64,000 nt of DNA, from assembly GCA_046347725.1 (NCBI GenBank), contig JAXMFN010000003.1:239674-303673 (forward strand), read 5' to 3'. The notes beneath the pieces were generated by a model. It did not search any database. It had not been told where the DNA came from and saw only the letters and a list, made by a program, of their open reading frames with translations. The translations under genes and the position numbers were made by a program. This DNA comes from Burkholderiales bacterium (GTDB taxonomy: Bacteria; Pseudomonadota; Gammaproteobacteria; Burkholderiales; Casimicrobiaceae). Position 1 is the stretch's first letter. The number at the start of each line of letters is the position of its first letter. Positions 60,176 through 64,000 of the stretch are shown here, in pieces.

Positions 60176-60969
60176 AGACCCACTGGAGGAGCGACGCCGC
60201 GACGCGGTCCGGGGTATCGACGCCGGATCGGCGGATCGGAAACGGCCGGCGGCCGGTGCGCGCGCTGGCGGCGCTGGCGCTCGCGGCGCTGGCCTCGGGC
60301 TGCGCGACGATGTCCGGCCCCGGCACGGACGGCCGGCCGGCGACCCGCGCCGACCCGCTCGAGCCCATCAACCGCGCGATGTACGCGGTCCACGAGCCGA
60401 TCGACCGCCATGTCATGCGTCCGATCGCCCAGGCCTGGGTCGACCACGTGCCCAAGCCGGTCCAGCAGGCGGTCGGCACGTTCTTCGGCAACATCGAGGA
60501 CGGTTTCTCGGCGCTGAACGGCTTGCTGCAGGGCAAATGGGAGAAGGCCGGCAACGATCTGGGCCGCCTGACCGTCAACATCTGGGGCTTCGGGCTCATC
60601 GATATCGCGACCGAGGCCGGCATCCCCAAGGGCGACGAGGACTTCGGCCAGACGTTCGGCGCCTGGGGCGTGCCGCAAGGGCCCTACCTGTTCGTGCCGC
60701 TGATCGGGCCGACGTCGTTCCGCGACGGGACCGGGCTCGTCATCCGCGCCTACGCGTCGCCGTTCAACCTGGTCAACGACGTGCCGTTCCGCAACTCGGC
60801 CTGGGGCCTGGGGGCGGTGAACGCGCGCGCGCAGGCGCTCGAGGCCTCCGAACTGGTCGACAAGGCCGCGATCGACCGCTACACGTTCATCCGGCGCGCC
60901 TACCTGCAGCGTCGCGAATACCTCGTGCACGACGGCAATCCGCCCAAGCCCAAGGACGACGACGAATGA
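60172..60969 (+). CDS. mlaA: MlaA/VacJ lipoprotein
   Basis: LASGC lipobox, DPLEPINR, EDFGQTFG.WGVP.GPYL. Confidence 0.93.
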   Translation: MKTHWRSDAATRSGVSTPDRRIGNGRRPVRALAALALAALASGCATMSGPGTDGRPATRADPLEPINRAMYAVHEPIDRHVMRPIAQAWVDHVPKPVQQAVGTFFGNIEDGFSALNGLLQGKWEKAGNDLGRLTVNIWGFGLIDIATEAGIPKGDEDFGQTFGAWGVPQGPYLFVPLIGPTSFRDGTGLVIRAYASPFNLVNDVPFRNSAWGLGAVNARAQALEASELVDKAAIDRYTFIRRAYLQRREYLVHDGNPPKPKDDDE

Positions 60970-61592
60970 CCACCGCTCCGAACACCGTGCGCCGCGCGTT
61001 CGCCTGGTTCGCCGTCGCGATGTCGGCGCTCGCGCCGGCCGCCGCTCTCGCCCAGGAGGCGCCCGACGCCCTGGTCAAGCGCGTTTCGCAGGACGTGCTC
61101 GCGATCGTCAAGGCCGACGCCAAGGTGCAGGCCGGCGACCAGGCGCGCATCCGCGAGGTGATCGAGGTCAAGCTGCTGCCGTACTTCGACTTCCATCGGA
61201 TGACGGCGCTGGCGATGGGTCGCAACTGGGCGAAGGCCGCGCCTGATCAGCAGAAGAAGCTCGCCGACGAGTTCCGGTCGCTGCTCGTGCGTACCTACTC
61301 GGGGGCGCTGGTCCAATACCGCAACCAGACGATCGACTACAAGCCGTTGCGGGCCGAGGCCGGCGCGACCGACGTCACCGTGCGCACCGAGGTCGTCCGG
61401 CCCGGCCAGGCGCCGGTCCAGATCGACTACTCGCTCGCCAGGGCCGCCGACGGCTGGAAGGCCTACGACGTCATCGTCGGCGGCGTCTCGCTGGTCACCA
61501 ACTACCGCGACGAGTTCAACGAGCAGGTTCGCCAGGGCGGCGTCGACGGGCTCCTCGCCGCGCTCGCCGCGCGCAACAAGGGCGGCAAGTGA
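60966..61592 (+). CDS. mlaC: MlaC/Ttg2D periplasmic phospholipid-binding protein
   Basis: DF.RMT.LAMGRNW, WK.YDV...GVSLVTNYR. Confidence 0.93.
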   Translation: MTTAPNTVRRAFAWFAVAMSALAPAAALAQEAPDALVKRVSQDVLAIVKADAKVQAGDQARIREVIEVKLLPYFDFHRMTALAMGRNWAKAAPDQQKKLADEFRSLLVRTYSGALVQYRNQTIDYKPLRAEAGATDVTVRTEVVRPGQAPVQIDYSLARAADGWKAYDVIVGGVSLVTNYRDEFNEQVRQGGVDGLLAALAARNKGGK

Positions 61593-61927
61593 CGGGTTCC
61601 GGGTCCGCGGCCGAGATCGACGCCGGATTCCGCGCCGACGCCGACGGCGCGAACTGGCGCTACGCCGGCGCGCTCACCGTCGAGAACGCCGAGGCGGTGC
61701 TGGAGGCCTCGCGCGCGCTCGCGCTTCCGCGCACCGGCGGGATCGACCTCGGCGCGCTCGATCCGGCCGATTCGGCCGCGCTCGCGGTGCTGCTCGCCGT
61801 CCGTCGGCGGGCGAGGGCCGAAGGGCGCGACGTCACCTACGCGTCGATGCCCGCCGCACTGGTCTCGCTCGCCCGCGTCTACGGGATCGACGGCCTGCTG
61901 GGCTGCGCCGAGCCCGCGGACCGGTGA
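61589..61927 (+). CDS. mlaB: MlaB STAS-domain protein
   Basis: DL......DSAALAVLL, L.SLARVYG; operon position. Confidence 0.8.
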   Translation: MTGSGSAAEIDAGFRADADGANWRYAGALTVENAEAVLEASRALALPRTGGIDLGALDPADSAALAVLLAVRRRARAEGRDVTYASMPAALVSLARVYGIDGLLGCAEPADR

Positions 61928-61979
61928 CCCGGCCGTTGGCTCCGACCCCGGAACCGACCCGCGCATCCCGCGAACGTCG

Positions 61980-62891
61980 ATGACCGCGGCCGTCCGCCTC
62001 GAAGGACTCTCGCGCCGTTTCCGCGCGGTGCAGGCGCTCGACGGGGTCGATCTCGAGGTCGCGCCCGGCGAGTTCTTCGGGCTCCTCGGTCCCAACGGCG
62101 CCGGCAAGACGACGCTGATCTCGATCGTCGCCGGGCTGGTGCGTGCGGACCGGGGTCGCGCGAGCGTGATGGGTCACGACGTCGTCGTCGACTACCGCGA
62201 GGCGCGCCGCGCGCTGGGCGTGGTGCCGCAGGAGCTGGTCTTCGATCCGTTCTTCACCGTGCGCGAGACGCTGCGCATCCAGTCCGGCTACTTCGGGCTG
62301 ACGCGCAACGACGCCTGGATCGACGAGATCCTCCACCACCTGGACCTCACGGCGAAGGCCGACGCCAACATGCGCTCGTTGTCGGGCGGCATGAAGCGGC
62401 GCGTGCTGGTCGGCCAGGCGCTGGTCCACCGGCCGCCGGTGATCGTGCTCGACGAGCCGACCGCCGGCGTCGACGTCGAGCTGCGCCAGAGCCTGTGGGC
62501 GTTCATCCGCAAGCTCAACGCCGACGGCCACACGGTGATCCTGACCACGCACTACCTCGAGGAAGCCGAGGCGCTGTGCGGGCGCATCGCGATGCTCAAG
62601 GCCGGGCGGATCGTCGCGCTCGACACCAAGCAGGCGCTGCTGTCGCGCTTTTCCGGACTCACGGTGCGCCTGATCGCCCGCGACCTGCCGCCGCCCTGGC
62701 GCGAGCGCGTCGTGCGCCGCACCGGCGACGTCTGGCACGTCGGCATCGACCGCTACGCCGACCTCGAGGGCCTGCTCGCGGCGATGCGGACCGCCGGCGT
62801 CGACGTCCAGGAGCTCGCGCTGGCCGAGACCGATCTCGAGCAGGTCTTCCTGCGGATCATGCGCGCCGAGCCGGCGGGAGCGGGCGCGTGA
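61980..62891 (+). CDS. ABC-2 type transporter ATP-binding protein (YadG-like)
   Basis: [40 protein letters not shown]. Confidence 0.9.
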   Translation: MTAAVRLEGLSRRFRAVQALDGVDLEVAPGEFFGLLGPNGAGKTTLISIVAGLVRADRGRASVMGHDVVVDYREARRALGVVPQELVFDPFFTVRETLRIQSGYFGLTRNDAWIDEILHHLDLTAKADANMRSLSGGMKRRVLVGQALVHRPPVIVLDEPTAGVDVELRQSLWAFIRKLNADGHTVILTTHYLEEAEALCGRIAMLKAGRIVALDTKQALLSRFSGLTVRLIARDLPPPWRERVVRRTGDVWHVGIDRYADLEGLLAAMRTAGVDVQELALAETDLEQVFLRIMRAEPAGAGA

Positions 62892-63676
62892 TCGAGGCGG
62901 CGCGACCCGCGGGCGGCGGCTGGCGCACCCTCTTCGGCAAGGAGGTGCTGCGCTTCTGGAAGGTGTCGTTCCAGACGATCGCCGCCCCGGTGCTGACCGC
63001 GCTCCTCTACCTGCTCATCTTCTCGCACGTGCTGGAATCGCACGTCGCGGTGTTCGACGGCAAGGTCCGCTACACGTCGTTCCTGATTCCGGGTCTGGTG
63101 ATGATGTCGGTGCTGCAGAACAGCTTCGCCAATTCCTCCTCGTCGCTGATCCAGTCGAAGATCACCGGCAACCTGATCTTCGTGCTGCTCGCGCCGCTCT
63201 CGCCGCGCGGACTCTACGCCGCGTACGTCGCCGGCGCGATGGTGCGCGGCATCGCCGTCGGCTCGGGCGTGTTCGTCGTCACGCTCGCCTTCGCCCCCGG
63301 GCTCGCGGTACCGGTCGCGCCCGCGTGGACCCTCGTCTTCGCGCTCGCCGGCAGCGCCATCCTGGGCACGCTCGGGCTCATCGCCGGCCTGTGGGCCGAG
63401 AAGTTCGACCAGCTCGCGGCGTTCCAGAATTTCGTCATCGTGCCGGCGACCTTCCTGTCCGGCGTGTTCTATTCGATCCACTCGCTGCCGCCGTTCTGGC
63501 AGGCGGCCTCGCACTTCAATCCGTTCTTCTACATGATCGACGGATTCCGCTACGGCTTCTTCGGCCTGTCCGACGCCTCGCCCTGGCTGTCGCTGGCCGT
63601 CGTCGGCGTGTTCGGAGCGGCGCTCGCGGCGCTGACGCTCGCGCTGCTCGCGCGCGGGTGGAAGCTGCGGCCGTAA
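62888..63676 (+). CDS. ABC-2 type permease (YadH-like)
   Basis: KEVLRFW, FLIPGL.MM, P.TFLSGVFY, NPFFYMIDGFRY. Confidence 0.9.
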   Translation: MIEAARPAGGGWRTLFGKEVLRFWKVSFQTIAAPVLTALLYLLIFSHVLESHVAVFDGKVRYTSFLIPGLVMMSVLQNSFANSSSSLIQSKITGNLIFVLLAPLSPRGLYAAYVAGAMVRGIAVGSGVFVVTLAFAPGLAVPVAPAWTLVFALAGSAILGTLGLIAGLWAEKFDQLAAFQNFVIVPATFLSGVFYSIHSLPPFWQAASHFNPFFYMIDGFRYGFFGLSDASPWLSLAVVGVFGAALAALTLALLARGWKLRP

Positions 63677-63755
63677 GCGCCGGCCGCGCCGGCCGGCGCG
63701 CCTGCGGTACCATGCGCGCCTGACGCGAGCCTCGCGGCGAAGCGCGCCCCGAACG

Positions 63756-64000
63756 ATGCACGACACGCCCCCGGTCACGCCCGACTCGATCCGCGCCTCG
63801 CTCGCCGCGGCGCTGGCCTGCGAGGTCCTCGAGGTGCGCGGCGACGGCCACCATTTCGAGGCGCTGATCGTCTCGTCGCGGTTCGAAGGGCTGCCGCGCG
63901 TGCGCCGCCACCAGCTCGTCTACGCGGCGCTCGGCGGGCGGATGCGCGAGGAGATCCACGCGCTGTCGATGCGCACGCTGTCGCCCGCCGAATGGTCGGC
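63756..64000 (+). CDS. BolA/IbaG family protein (runs off the window end)
   Basis: Hand translation: GDGHHFEALIVSSRFEG...RHQLVYAAL...EIHALSM. Confidence 0.9.
   Translation, partial: MHDTPPVTPDSIRASLAAALACEVLEVRGDGHHFEALIVSSRFEGLPRVRRHQLVYAALGGRMREEIHALSMRTLSPAEWS

Overview
Very GC-rich bacterial chromosomal window. Gene content and order suggest a Betaproteobacterium (Burkholderiales in the broad sense); this is inference. Most of it is core genes: partial leuS, a DsbD-like/redoxin pair, hslU and (separately) hslV, fabI, RNase P RNA, pyrC, dksA, sodB, a Ubi hydroxylase with dsbC, fpr, hutU, pepN, an FKBP, yebC-ruvC-ruvA-ruvB-ybgC-tolQRA, kdsD-kdsC-lptCAB-rpoN-hpf-ptsN-hprK-rapZ, mlaFEDACB, an ABC-2 pair and a partial bolA. 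I found no tRNA, rRNA, CRISPR array, integrase or transposase. The most unusual observations are: (1) a palindromic repeat family that is intergenic in one place and forms an in-frame ~95-codon N-terminal extension of RuvC in another, plus a mini-ORF with a similar start; (2) -10 hexamers 6-8 nt before the start codon of at least seven genes, suggesting leaderless mRNAs; (3) a ~1175-aa secreted orphan protein divergent from a stand-alone tandem NarX/PilJ-like periplasmic protein; (4) a Cu/Zn-SOD-fold lipoprotein missing most metal ligands; (5) an SPFH-HTH / DUF4019 / zinc-ribbon operon; (6) candidate structured RNAs, including an atypical leader on a TMEM165/GDT1 gene, an sRNA candidate and a 104-nt rod hairpin; (7) a decayed ubiX. 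All family calls come from reading motifs by eye; no database search was run.
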